Program-made: the position numbers and the translations under genes
Shown here: positions 31,441 through 41,212 of the stretch, piece by piece
How positions within the stretch are numbered: position 1 is the first letter of the stretch
How the letters are laid out: every line of letters starts with the position of its first letter
Source of the DNA: an uncultured Lentisphaeria bacterium
Lineage (GTDB): Bacteria; Fidelibacterota; UBA8477; JABMPR01
Direction: 5' to 3'
Assembly (NCBI GenBank): GCA_964508765.1
Contig: CAZDVD010000005.1
Location: 32,357 to 96,356 of the forward strand
Length of the DNA: 64,000 bases
The notes under the pieces: model-generated
The model's database searches: none
Told to the model about the DNA's origin: nothing
Seen by the model: the letters and a program-made list of their open reading frames with translations, nothing else

Positions 31441-33414
31441 TTATAATTTGTTTAAGATGCTGAGCGTGTGGTCATAATTACTCTCGAGCTGCACTCTCAT
31501 TTCATCTAGTTGTTTCTTAAATGAATTGGATTCAAAATTTCCGCGAACGGCATCGAAGTCGGCATCACCATCACCATCAATCCCAAAACCAGTTCTCACA
31601 TTGCCCTCGAACTCCTTGGAGGCATCCATTTCTACCATGTTGAGTAACTTGGTGGAAGAGACCTTCCATTTTTCCAGGACCGTTTTGAGATTTTCAGAAG
31701 TGAGGGTTTCAAATCCATAGACCCGTGGAATAGTCTGTATCACCCAGGACCATTCATCCAGAGCATAACTTCCGTGAATCTTTTGAAGTTCATCCTGAAG
31801 GGCTTTGATGTCGGCGACTTTGCCAGATTTAATATTATCCACCAAGGTGTTGAGACGGGGTTGTGCACACAATAATCCGGAAACATCAATCCAGTTACTT
31901 CCTCCACGCTCAGCACCTACTCCTGGGGCCGTTAATGCCGGTAAGTCCTTTACCGGATCCGTTGCGAGTTTGGCGACCAGGGCATCACCCAAATATTTTT
32001 CAAGGGCCATACGGTAGTAGCGACTACAGGTTTTCAGGAGCAGACGTTTGATGAGAATTCCCTGATGACTCACATATTCCTGACCCTTTTCAGCTCCGGC
32101 ATAAAGATCCAGCAGGATGGACTGGCCCTTGATCATCTTTTGACCAGTATATGGTGATAGAACCTCAAAATTGAGTTGATCCAGCTTGTCGGCATTTTTG
32201 CGTCCATCACGGGTTGGCCATTTTAAGCCATCGCGCATGGTCCCAACGGTAAAAAAGTTCATACCTGGTACCAGGGTGGATTGACCCCTATCTTCATTTA
32301 CATAAGAGAATGGAAAATCAGAGCTGTCAAAATTGGCGTAATGTTTTCCCATGATGGCTGAGAAGGCACCTACTCTGGAGGGCCAGAGGAGATAGGAGGA
32401 TGAACCCGTCTTGCTACCACGTTCCAGGATGCCCTGATGTAATGGCCCCAGTTTATACATGTGGTTGGACTGGTTGGTACCGCTACCCGCATTAAAAAAG
32501 GAGAACATGCCAGCAATCATGAGTGTGGAACGATGGTGAGTTACTGTATAGGGACCACCAAAAATGGAGCAGACCTCACTATGAAATCCTTCAGAATTGC
32601 AAAACATAACGGAATTTTCAGCCGAGAATTGCTTGCCGATTTTGGTGGCTTCACCAATCAATGTTGAGGCAAGTAATGCTCCATCTGATACATAGGCACC
32701 CTTTTGAATGATGAAGTCTTTGGCAATGACATCATCACCAACAAAGGTAGGGGCATCAAGCGATGAGGCGATGGTTCCCTCCTTCAGGTTTTGAATACCT
32801 CTGAGAACAGCACCTTTACCAATATTCACATTTACGATATTTTGACAGTGAAATAATTTGGCGCCTTCACCAATGATGGCACGATCAGAACGGACGCTTT
32901 CCGCATAGTTATCAGCGATTTGATCCAGTGCTTTAATCAAGGCAGTATCATGACGATACATAGTGGATAGATAGGCAGTCTGAGCACTGGTCATAGCTGT
33001 GATCTTCAGTTCACGACCACCACCCTCGTTGAGGACTTCAATGGCATGGCCATTCCCAAAACTGGTTTCTCCCTGACAGACAATTGAGCCGACATTTTCC
33101 ATCAGCACGTTGTCTTCAATAATCAAATTGGAGAGCCAGCCATTGATGTTTGAGATATGGCAATTGTTCCCGATGAGGACATTGTGGAGATTGGCGTCAA
33201 ATATTCCGGCGTAGCGTCGAATACCATCCATGGGTACAAATTCACCGTCAAGGTTTCCAATACGCACCTCACCTCGGAAAATGGTTCCAGCAATACGTGT
33301 GGGGTCAAATCCTTTGGTCACTTTCACCTTGGCCCAGCTTCTTGACCAACAGCCATTCCCTTTCAGGATTTTGATGGCTTCTGGAGTTAAGGCTAAATAT
33401 TTTTCCATACTCAT
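31441..33414 (-). CDS. DUF4954 family protein (left-handed beta-helix-like)
   Basis: [40 protein letters not shown] motifs recalled from Bacteroidota DUF4954; hexapeptide-like repeats. Confidence 0.8.
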   Translation of the reverse strand: MSMEKYLALTPEAIKILKGNGCWSRSWAKVKVTKGFDPTRIAGTIFRGEVRIGNLDGEFVPMDGIRRYAGIFDANLHNVLIGNNCHISNINGWLSNLIIEDNVLMENVGSIVCQGETSFGNGHAIEVLNEGGGRELKITAMTSAQTAYLSTMYRHDTALIKALDQIADNYAESVRSDRAIIGEGAKLFHCQNIVNVNIGKGAVLRGIQNLKEGTIASSLDAPTFVGDDVIAKDFIIQKGAYVSDGALLASTLIGEATKIGKQFSAENSVMFCNSEGFHSEVCSIFGGPYTVTHHRSTLMIAGMFSFFNAGSGTNQSNHMYKLGPLHQGILERGSKTGSSSYLLWPSRVGAFSAIMGKHYANFDSSDFPFSYVNEDRGQSTLVPGMNFFTVGTMRDGLKWPTRDGRKNADKLDQLNFEVLSPYTGQKMIKGQSILLDLYAGAEKGQEYVSHQGILIKRLLLKTCSRYYRMALEKYLGDALVAKLATDPVKDLPALTAPGVGAERGGSNWIDVSGLLCAQPRLNTLVDNIKSGKVADIKALQDELQKIHGSYALDEWSWVIQTIPRVYGFETLTSENLKTVLEKWKVSSTKLLNMVEMDASKEFEGNVRTGFGIDGDGDADFDAVRGNFESNSFKKQLDEMRVQLESNYDHTLSILNKL

Positions 33415-33424
33415 AAATGCTTTC

Positions 33425-34192
33425 CTATTTAGTGATCACAACTTTTAGTTCATATTTATCACCGCGGTAAATACCCTCAAGATATTCAACAGGCTTATTG
33501 GTCATGGAGAAGGTCGTTCCATGGAGTGTCAAAACAGGACTTCCCTTGGGAATCTCCAGTAAATCAGCACTCTCCTGGTCTGCCAGTCCAGGTTGAATCA
33601 CGTGATCTGCCCGGGAAAGTCTGATGTGCAGTTCTTTTTCGATATAATTATAGATAGAGGTGTCATCAGCCATGCGTGGTTCCATGAGACCTTGACCTGT
33701 TGCCAGGGGCAGATAGGAGGTCTCGATAGCAAAGGGGGTCTCTTCAACATAACGCACCCTGCGAATTCGCACGAGAGCATCACCGGGTTCTTTTTCCAGG
33801 CCAGAGTAAGCCATCCCAAAAGAATCAAAGGCTTCAATCATCTGAATGTCCAGAACCCTTGAGTGGTTGCGATACCCCAACTTGGCCATCTCTGAGGAAA
33901 AGCCCTCCAATTTGAGCAACATCTGAGTATGGGAGGCAGAATTAACAAAAGTCCCCTCACCCCGCCGGATGATAATGAGACCTTCGCGCATGAGTTCCTG
34001 GCTGGCCTGGCGCACTGTCATTCGACTAATATTATATTCAGTAGAAAGCTCATTCTCACTGGGAATTTGATCGCCGGGTTTGAGTTTACCACTATTGATC
34101 AGCTCTTTTAAGATATCCCTGACCTGGATATAAAGAGGAATATAGCTGCTCTTATCAATGTGCGTATCCCGGAGGAGTTGTTCAGGATTCAA
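33425..34192 (-). CDS. GntR family regulator, HutC/NagR type (HTH + UTRA)
   Basis: PLYIQV, PSENEL, ISRMTVRQA, GEGTFV; C-terminal YRGDKY. Confidence 0.93.
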   Translation of the reverse strand: MNPEQLLRDTHIDKSSYIPLYIQVRDILKELINSGKLKPGDQIPSENELSTEYNISRMTVRQASQELMREGLIIIRRGEGTFVNSASHTQMLLKLEGFSSEMAKLGYRNHSRVLDIQMIEAFDSFGMAYSGLEKEPGDALVRIRRVRYVEETPFAIETSYLPLATGQGLMEPRMADDTSIYNYIEKELHIRLSRADHVIQPGLADQESADLLEIPKGSPVLTLHGTTFSMTNKPVEYLEGIYRGDKYELKVVITK

Positions 34193-34198
34193 AACAGG

Positions 34199-34438
34199 CT
34201 ATCCTTCTGCGATCACCTTGTCAATGAAGCCGACAGCGTCACCCACCGTTTTTACACCAAGGGCAGCATCTTCATCCATTTCGATATCAAATTCTTCTTC
34301 AAAAGCAGCCACGAGTTCGATGGACTGCATAGAATCAGCTCCGAGATCCTCTACAAAGCGGGAAGATTCCTGAACACGTGAGGCATCAACTTTAAGAAGC
34401 TCAGCTGCTACATTTTTTATTCGGTCTATCGTTGACAT
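34199..34438 (-). CDS. acyl carrier protein
   Basis: Acidic 79 aa; FVEDLGADS phosphopantetheine site, ELVAAFEEEFDIE, TVGDAV. Confidence 0.92.
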   Translation of the reverse strand: MSTIDRIKNVAAELLKVDASRVQESSRFVEDLGADSMQSIELVAAFEEEFDIEMDEDAALGVKTVGDAVGFIDKVIAEG

Positions 34439-34462
34439 ATCATTTCTCCTTGTTTAGGTGTA

Positions 34463-35656
34463 TCAATTTTTAGTCAATTTGAAGGTGTCGCGAGCAATAG
34501 CGAGTTCTTCATTTGTGGGAATGATCAAAACTTTAATTCTTGATGTTGTCCCCTGAATTTCACCAGGAACACCAACGTGAACTTCGTTTCTTTTTTCATC
34601 TACGAGGATTCCCAATTGATCCATTTCGGATAATATCCGATGACGCATGGCGGCTCCATTTTCACCAATTCCACCGGTGAAAACGATGGCATCCACACGG
34701 TTTAGAACCGCCATGTATGCACCGATATATTTTTTGATTCTGTAGGCGAAAATATCCAGGGCAAGTTCTGCGCGATCATCACCCCCATCTGCTTTTATCT
34801 CAAGATCGCGGACATCATTTGAACTGCCTGACACACCCAAGAGACCAGATTGCTTATTGAGTAGTGTATCCAGACTATCGGTGTCGTATCCTTTACGATT
34901 GAGGTAGAAAAGAATACCCGGGTCAATATCCCCACTCCGGGTGCCCATGACCAGACCCTCCAGGGGGGTTAAACCCATACTGGTATCCACAGAATGACCA
35001 TCTCGAATGGCTGCCACTGAGGATCCATTGCCTAGATGGCACGTGATCAAGTTGACGGAATATTTATGCATTCCCATCATATGAGCGGCTTGTCTGGCCA
35101 CAAACTGGTGAGACATCCCATGAAAACCATAACGCCTGATGTGTAGCTCCGTATAGAGTTTTTCAGGCAGGGCATAGCGGTAGGCTACTTCTGGAATGGA
35201 ATGATGAAAAGCTGTGTCAAAACAGGCGACCTGGGGAATGTCTCCAAAAATGAGTCGAGCTTGTTGTATGCCTGTCAGATTGGGTGGATTGTGGAGGGGA
35301 GCCAATTCAAAAAAGGCTTCGATACCTGCTTCCAGTTCATCATCTATTGGCATCGATCCGCCAAAACTTTCGCCACCATGGACCACACGGTGACCACAGG
35401 CATTGACTTCAGACAGTGACTTAATAGCACCACTTTCTGGATTGAGTAACATTTTCTTGATCACAGCAAATCCAGTAGGATAGTCTGCAATAGATTGGTT
35501 GATTTCGATCTTGCCGTGAGGTGTTTTCAAGGAAGCAAAAGCATCTTCAGAACCCACACGTTCGATCAAACCTTCAGCCAGCACCTTTTCTTCAGGCATA
35601 TGAAAAAGTTTAAACTTTATCGAGGAGCTACCACAATTAAAAACCAGGATTTTCAT
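34463..35656 (-). CDS. ackA: acetate kinase
   Basis: NCGSSSIKF, GHRVVHGG, LAPLHNP, RRYGFHG, DTSMGLTPLEGL, IPTNEELAIA. Confidence 0.97.
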   Translation of the reverse strand: MKILVFNCGSSSIKFKLFHMPEEKVLAEGLIERVGSEDAFASLKTPHGKIEINQSIADYPTGFAVIKKMLLNPESGAIKSLSEVNACGHRVVHGGESFGGSMPIDDELEAGIEAFFELAPLHNPPNLTGIQQARLIFGDIPQVACFDTAFHHSIPEVAYRYALPEKLYTELHIRRYGFHGMSHQFVARQAAHMMGMHKYSVNLITCHLGNGSSVAAIRDGHSVDTSMGLTPLEGLVMGTRSGDIDPGILFYLNRKGYDTDSLDTLLNKQSGLLGVSGSSNDVRDLEIKADGGDDRAELALDIFAYRIKKYIGAYMAVLNRVDAIVFTGGIGENGAAMRHRILSEMDQLGILVDEKRNEVHVGVPGEIQGTTSRIKVLIIPTNEELAIARDTFKLTKN

Positions 35657-35698
35657 TGTTTAACTTTCATTTTTTGTAGAATGAATAGGATTTAATCC

Positions 35699-35768
35699 TC
35701 TCGCAAAGCGCGCAGAGCCGCAGTGTATTTTGGGGCTTTCATTCAGCGTCTTGGCGTACTCTGCGAGA
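35699..35768. repeat. periodic imperfect inverted repeat pair (CGCA(A/G)AG units), no enclosed gene
   Basis: Arms 35699-35723 and 35744-35768 match at 18/25 positions as reverse complements. Confidence 0.65.
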
Positions 35769-35781
35769 AACAATAAGTGCA

Positions 35782-36768
35782 TTATCCCCTGGCCTGGACT
35801 GAAGTGATGGCAGAGACTGCGATGAGGTCGTCTACACTGGCGCCGCGACTCATGTCATTGACTGGTTTGGCAAAGCCTTGAAGAATGGGGCCGATGGCTT
35901 TGGCGTTTGCCATATATTGCACCAGCTTATAACCAATATTCCCAGCATCAAGATCGGGAAATACTAACACATTGGCCTGGCCTGCCACGGTACTTTCTTT
36001 GACCTTTTTAGCAGCTACACTCTGGACGATGGCCGCATCAAGCTGAAGCTCGCCATCCATATCATATTCAGGATTGATCTTTCGGGCAATTGATAAGGCC
36101 TCAATCACCTTATCTGCATCCTCATGTCCTGCAGATCCTTTCGTGGAAAAGGACAGGAAGGCAATTTTGGGATCAATACCAAGTAGAGCCTTAGCATTGG
36201 TTCCAGAAGCAATGGCGATCTCGGCCAATTGTTGAGCCGTGGGCTGGATGTTTACTGCTGAATCTGCAAAGAGGAAAATTTTGTCCTGTTCGCCCTGAAA
36301 CTCAGGAATAATCATAATAAAGAAACTACTTGGTGTGGAGAGACCCTCTTGAAATCCTACGGTAAGTGTGGCGGTCTGGATCACAATGCTGGTGGCGGTG
36401 GCTACACCAGCTACCATACCGTCGGCTTCGCCCTGACTCACCATCATGCCGCCAAAGGAGAGGGGTTTGCGAACCAGCTTTTTAGCGATGGCTTCCCGAA
36501 GTTCCCGCTTGTCTGCATACGCTTGAGAATAGATATCAAGACGTGAATCTGTTTTGCTATCAATGATTTCGATTTCGTTTAAAGCCAGATCGAGTTTCGT
36601 AGCCAGGGCGTGAATTTCATCCGGATTGCCAATCAGAATTGGTTGGGCAATACCCAGACTATGGACTTTCGCAGCAGCTTCAAGTATCCGGGGATCCGTT
36701 GCCTCGGGGTATACAATTCGAGCAGGATTATCCTGTGCTTTTGCGATGAAGCTATCAACAACATTCAT
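35782..36768 (-). CDS. pta: phosphate acetyltransferase (short form)
   Basis: IVYPEATDPRIL, FLSFSTKGS, DGELQLDAA, FPDLDAGNIGYK, GPILQG, NDMSRG. Confidence 0.96.
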   Translation of the reverse strand: MNVVDSFIAKAQDNPARIVYPEATDPRILEAAAKVHSLGIAQPILIGNPDEIHALATKLDLALNEIEIIDSKTDSRLDIYSQAYADKRELREAIAKKLVRKPLSFGGMMVSQGEADGMVAGVATATSIVIQTATLTVGFQEGLSTPSSFFIMIIPEFQGEQDKIFLFADSAVNIQPTAQQLAEIAIASGTNAKALLGIDPKIAFLSFSTKGSAGHEDADKVIEALSIARKINPEYDMDGELQLDAAIVQSVAAKKVKESTVAGQANVLVFPDLDAGNIGYKLVQYMANAKAIGPILQGFAKPVNDMSRGASVDDLIAVSAITSVQARG

Positions 36769-36798
36769 AGTTCAACCTCAATTTTCAATTATGGAAAC

Positions 36799-36827
36799 AG
36801 GATAACATGTCTAGACAGGTAGATCAA
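36799..36827 (-). promoter_or_regulatory. pta-nagB operon promoter with a GntR(HutC)-type operator in the spacer
   Basis: Minus strand TTGATC-17 nt-(TGT)TATCCT; the spacer holds the near-perfect palindrome ACATGTCTAGACAGGT (36805-36820). Confidence 0.75.
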
Positions 36828-36971
36828 GCCTTAGTTAATAAACATTACAAACTAATTAAGGCTATTCTGGTTTACTAAAATCCTTGTTTATGCAGGAATA
36901 ATCTGTTAAAAGTGTTCTGAACCAAAGTGACTAATTAATGTCAAAATGAGTTTCCTGTTGAAACCAGAAAG

Positions 36972-37658
36972 ATGCTAGCCTGTAACGTTGTCATGAAGCA
37001 TAATCAGCCCTCACCCATTGCCGCCTTTTTTGATTTTGATGAAACCCTGTTAGCTATCGACAGTTCAGGGATTGGATTCAAGCTTTTAAAAGAGCAGGGC
37101 TATCTCACAAGAACGTTCATGCTGAAAATGCTCGTCATCGTCCTGCTAAAAAAGGCAGGGCTGATTGATGAGCGCATCATGGCTAAAACATTTCTAAGCT
37201 TCTATAAGGGGCGCGATCTCCAGCTCTTTGTAGACTCGGCCCAAGGCTTCTATGATGAGTATCTCAAACCCAATTTATCACCAGAAGTGACTCAAAAATT
37301 ACGCTGGCACCAAGACCAGGGGCATCAGACGGTTCTGGTAACAGGATCCATTGACTATTATCTCAATCCAGTCATCGATGATCTTGGTATTGATCATTTA
37401 CTGTGTACTCATCTTGAAGTGGGTGATGATGGTTTGCTTACAGGAAGATCCAAAGGTCCTGTCTGTGTTGGTGAAGCCAAAGTTACCCTTTTAAAGACTC
37501 TGACCGGAGCCCGCGGAATTGATCTTACTCAATCCTATGCTTACGGTAATTCAGAGCTGGATATTCCCATGATGAAACAGGTTTTCCACCCTGTTGTTGT
37601 CAATCCTACCCTCAAACTTGCCAGACATGCTCAGCAGCATAACTGGCCAGGCTTATAG
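36972..37658 (+). CDS. HAD-IB family hydrolase
   Basis: AAFFDFDETL motif I, LVTGS, K, YAYGNSELD; start may be 36993. Confidence 0.88.
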   Translation: MLACNVVMKHNQPSPIAAFFDFDETLLAIDSSGIGFKLLKEQGYLTRTFMLKMLVIVLLKKAGLIDERIMAKTFLSFYKGRDLQLFVDSAQGFYDEYLKPNLSPEVTQKLRWHQDQGHQTVLVTGSIDYYLNPVIDDLGIDHLLCTHLEVGDDGLLTGRSKGPVCVGEAKVTLLKTLTGARGIDLTQSYAYGNSELDIPMMKQVFHPVVVNPTLKLARHAQQHNWPGL

Positions 37659-37690
37659 GGCGCTGTAAACATGATTGACACCAATTAGAG

Positions 37691-38407
37691 ATGACCATGT
37701 CCCGGCTTGCTGATCAGCTTCTGAATGACTTGATTGAACTGAGTGATCCTGAACGCGCTCAGCATTCCCAGCGCTTTTTTAAAACAGGGAAGGGTGAGTA
37801 TGGTGAAGGGGATATCTTTCTAGGTATCAGGGTACCCAAGCTACGGGCACTGGTGAAAAAGTATAGGTCGGCAACACGACAGGATGCCTTAGATTTACTT
37901 ATTTTCCGACAACATGAAGCCAGACTCACTGCTCTTTTTTTACTCGTGGACATATACAATCACGCAGATGGCTCAGAAAAGAAGCTGATTTATCAGGACT
38001 ACCTGAAAAATATTCGATACATCAACAATTGGGACCTGGTAGATAGTTCTGCTTTTCAAATTGTGGGATACTACCTCTTCGATAAGGATCGTTCACATCT
38101 AGAAGTATTAGCAAAATCTGAATATATTTGGGAACGCAGAGTTGCTATCATAGCAACCTACTATTTCATTCGCCAATATGAGTTCCAGGATACCCTCACT
38201 CTTGCAGAAATTTTGCTCCATGATAAAGAGGATCTGATCCACAAAGCAGTGGGATGGATGCTGAGGGAGGTGGGGAACAAGAGTCGTCCCACCGAAGAAG
38301 AATTTCTAGTTAAACATTATCATTCTATGCCACGGACCATGCTGAGATATGCAATTGAGAAATTTCCAGAGGACCGACGGCAGGCCTATTTAAAAGGGGA
38401 TATTTAG
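37691..38407 (+). CDS. AlkD-family DNA alkylation repair protein
   Basis: FFKTGKGEYGEGDIFLG, INNWDLVD, WERR, DLIHKAVGWMLRE, PRTMLRYAIE. Confidence 0.92.
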   Translation: MTMSRLADQLLNDLIELSDPERAQHSQRFFKTGKGEYGEGDIFLGIRVPKLRALVKKYRSATRQDALDLLIFRQHEARLTALFLLVDIYNHADGSEKKLIYQDYLKNIRYINNWDLVDSSAFQIVGYYLFDKDRSHLEVLAKSEYIWERRVAIIATYYFIRQYEFQDTLTLAEILLHDKEDLIHKAVGWMLREVGNKSRPTEEEFLVKHYHSMPRTMLRYAIEKFPEDRRQAYLKGDI

Positions 38408-38409
38408 AC

Positions 38410-38861
38410 GTGAATCAGAAATGGAATCGACAACTATTATTTTTGCTGGGCATTCTCATCTCCATAGAGGATATGCATTTATTGATGAGGAAAAGCCCTG
38501 TGGCCATGCTCACGCCGATCGATTTTTACGGGATATGCAGCCAACCCTTGAACAGCAGAAAATTGATATTCGCTATTATTGATTGAATTTTGATATGGAT
38601 ATTCCCACCACATCCATGGACAATTCATTTGTAGTGAAGTTTGTTGTCATTGATACCAACCTCGAAACCATTGAACTGGACTACTCAACCTATAATGGGG
38701 GCATTGGTGACATTACGGTGAATACCGTCATTCTAGACGGTGATACCGTTACGCATTCAAATGACATGCTGTCAATCCCGCTTCAGGAAACCCCTGCCTT
38801 AAATGAACTGAGGACACTGGAAATTTCTCAATTGCAAAATATTATTTCAAAGGATGCTTGA
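38410..38861 (+). pseudogene. remnant of a secreted M1-family aminopeptidase N-terminus
   Basis: Signal peptide (GTG 38410), frameshift near 38467, in-frame TGA at 38580 in KIDIRYY*LNFDMD, then M1-like TIELD...ITVNTV...THSNDMLSIPL; truncated. Confidence 0.6.
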
Positions 38862-38918
38862 ATAGGCCGAAAAACCAGCCTGGTCTTATATCTGTATTGT
38901 TAAGCGATTAGTACTGCT

Positions 38919-41018
38919 CTAATGAGCGTTACACAGGTGATCGACCTTGGCTTGCTCGCCAAAAATAAGCAGTTGGTCTGAAGAGTGGAGTTTCTCATTC
39001 ACATCCGGAATTATATCCCGCTCTTTGTTTCCCTCACTTCGCCGGATCAGTAGAATGTCGACCCCATAGGATTGACGAACATTCAGTGAACGTAGTGACT
39101 GATTTACAAACGCTGAGGGAGCATCGATCCGCGCGATATGGAAGCCTGGCAAGACTTCGGATTTTTCATGGTATTGTTTCTGAATAAATTTCATGGAATG
39201 AGCGACTGCTTTCGCAGATTCTGCGTGAATCAGGAGTTCCTGGTACTGGTGGACAATGGCTGTTCGCTCTACTTCACCAAGCAGTTGCATATCTTCATTA
39301 ACAACAGGTAATGCCTCCAGATCCATTTCAATCATCTTACGGAGTACTTCATGTATAGGGGTATGATCTGAAATCGTCTCAAAACGACTATTCATCACAT
39401 CACTAACCGTGGAGTTTTCAGGAATCTCTTCATGGTGATTAAGAAATCGACGCATAGCGGAATGGGTAATTACTCCACACAGATAATTGTTCTTATCCTT
39501 GACATAAAAATTAGAGGCAGAGCTGGTTGAGATTTTTTTCAGAAGCTCCTGAAGCGTCATGGATTCTGGTAACGTGTCAATGATCTGTTTTTTTAAAGAT
39601 TGCACACTAATCTTATCCAGCACGTTGATATCTTTGCCACCAAAAATATCTATACCACGTCGGATAAGTTTCAAAGTATAGATATTGGAACCCTTTTTTA
39701 GGAGTCGTGATGAGATGACCATGGCTATGATACTGGTGATCATGAGTGGTAATACGACTGAATATTCTGTGGTCATTTCAAAAATGATCAGAACGGCAGT
39801 GACAGGAGCGTGAGTGGTGGCGGCAACCATGGACGCCATGCCTACCAAGGCATAGGCACCACTGTCTGCCGTAATCTCTGGGAATAAAGCATGAATGATG
39901 ATTCCAAAACCACCACCCAACATGGACCCAATAAACAATGAGGGAGCAAAAACACCTCCTGAAGCACCGAAACCCATGGAGAGACTGGTAGCAAATATTT
40001 TTGCTAGTACCAGGCCTGATATAAGTAAAAGGGGATACTGACCCCTCAAAGCCAAATCCATACTCTCGTACCCGACCCCTAAAACTTGAGGCAAAAATAT
40101 CGCAACGACTCCAAGAAGGGCACCACCCAATAATCCCTTGAGTGGTATGGGTATCTTCCAAGCGTCAAAGATGTCTTCAGTCTTATAAAGTGAACGGACA
40201 AAAAGCCATCCCACAACACCCGCGGCTATTCCAAGAATAATGTAAAATAAAATTTCTATGGGTGAATGCAGGGTGTAGGTCGGAGGAACAAAGGCGGGGA
40301 AATTGCCAAACATAGCCCGACTGATTACAGTTCCAAAAACAGAGGCAATAATGATGGGACCAATAGCTGCGGCGCTAAAATCCCCCAGAATAATTTCAGA
40401 GGCAAAAATAGCCCCGGCGATGGGAGCGTTGAAGGTGGCGGCTATTCCAGCTGCTGCTCCACATCCAATGAATGTTTTCATTCGTCGCACAGAAACCTGA
40501 AAAAGTTGTCCTATGGTTGAGCCAAATGCCGAACCGATCTGGACAATGGGACCTTCTCGCCCAACTGAAGCGCCCGTGGCAATGGACATAGCCGATGCCA
40601 ATGCTTTGATCACCACCACCCGCATACGGATAAAACCGTTCTGAGTGGCTACAGCATTCATGACCTCAGGCACTCCATGCCCTTTGGCTTCAGGGGCAAA
40701 CTTTTGAACAGCCCAGGCTACGGTAGCCCCACCCAGTGCCGGAATACCGATTTTAAGGTATATTGGGGCGGCAGTCACGACATCAACCAGGCTACCACTT
40801 CCCCATAAACTATGACGAAAAAGACCAATCAGAGTACGAAACCCTCCGGCGATCACACCGGCAAAGACACCGATGAGCATAGCCATTATTATGACAAAAA
40901 GCTGATCAAAAGACTTGATCTTAAACAGGACGTTCTGCAGCCACACATATCTAGCGCGACGATTGCTGAGTCGTTTGCGTAATTTTTTGATCCGTTTTTT
41001 ATCAGGAGAGATCTTCAT
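38919..41018 (-). CDS. ClC chloride channel/antiporter with CBS pair and TrkA-C domain
   Basis: GHGVPEV, GREGP, FNAPIAG, SGGVFAP; C-terminal CBS and RCK_C-like regions. Confidence 0.93.
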   Translation of the reverse strand: MKISPDKKRIKKLRKRLSNRRARYVWLQNVLFKIKSFDQLFVIIMAMLIGVFAGVIAGGFRTLIGLFRHSLWGSGSLVDVVTAAPIYLKIGIPALGGATVAWAVQKFAPEAKGHGVPEVMNAVATQNGFIRMRVVVIKALASAMSIATGASVGREGPIVQIGSAFGSTIGQLFQVSVRRMKTFIGCGAAAGIAATFNAPIAGAIFASEIILGDFSAAAIGPIIIASVFGTVISRAMFGNFPAFVPPTYTLHSPIEILFYIILGIAAGVVGWLFVRSLYKTEDIFDAWKIPIPLKGLLGGALLGVVAIFLPQVLGVGYESMDLALRGQYPLLLISGLVLAKIFATSLSMGFGASGGVFAPSLFIGSMLGGGFGIIIHALFPEITADSGAYALVGMASMVAATTHAPVTAVLIIFEMTTEYSVVLPLMITSIIAMVISSRLLKKGSNIYTLKLIRRGIDIFGGKDINVLDKISVQSLKKQIIDTLPESMTLQELLKKISTSSASNFYVKDKNNYLCGVITHSAMRRFLNHHEEIPENSTVSDVMNSRFETISDHTPIHEVLRKMIEMDLEALPVVNEDMQLLGEVERTAIVHQYQELLIHAESAKAVAHSMKFIQKQYHEKSEVLPGFHIARIDAPSAFVNQSLRSLNVRQSYGVDILLIRRSEGNKERDIIPDVNEKLHSSDQLLIFGEQAKVDHLCNAH

Positions 41019-41212
41019 GAGGCCGTAGTTTTCCTTTCTGAAAACTCAACTATTTTGAGCAACGTTAATTAAACCAGGAGTTTGCTCGTTGCAAGGACGC
41101 TCTTTTAAAATCAGCAGATATGGTGAAAATAGGGCATGTTTTATGATCAGGATTCTACTTCAGGTCCACTATGACAGGGTTTATCTTTTGACATACTAGA
41201 AAAGAGGCAACG

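Noticed and set aside
38580-38582. In-frame TGA as a second selenocysteine codon
   Set aside because: Not in a redox Cys motif, no SECIS-like hairpin follows, and the gene also has a frameshift and truncation.
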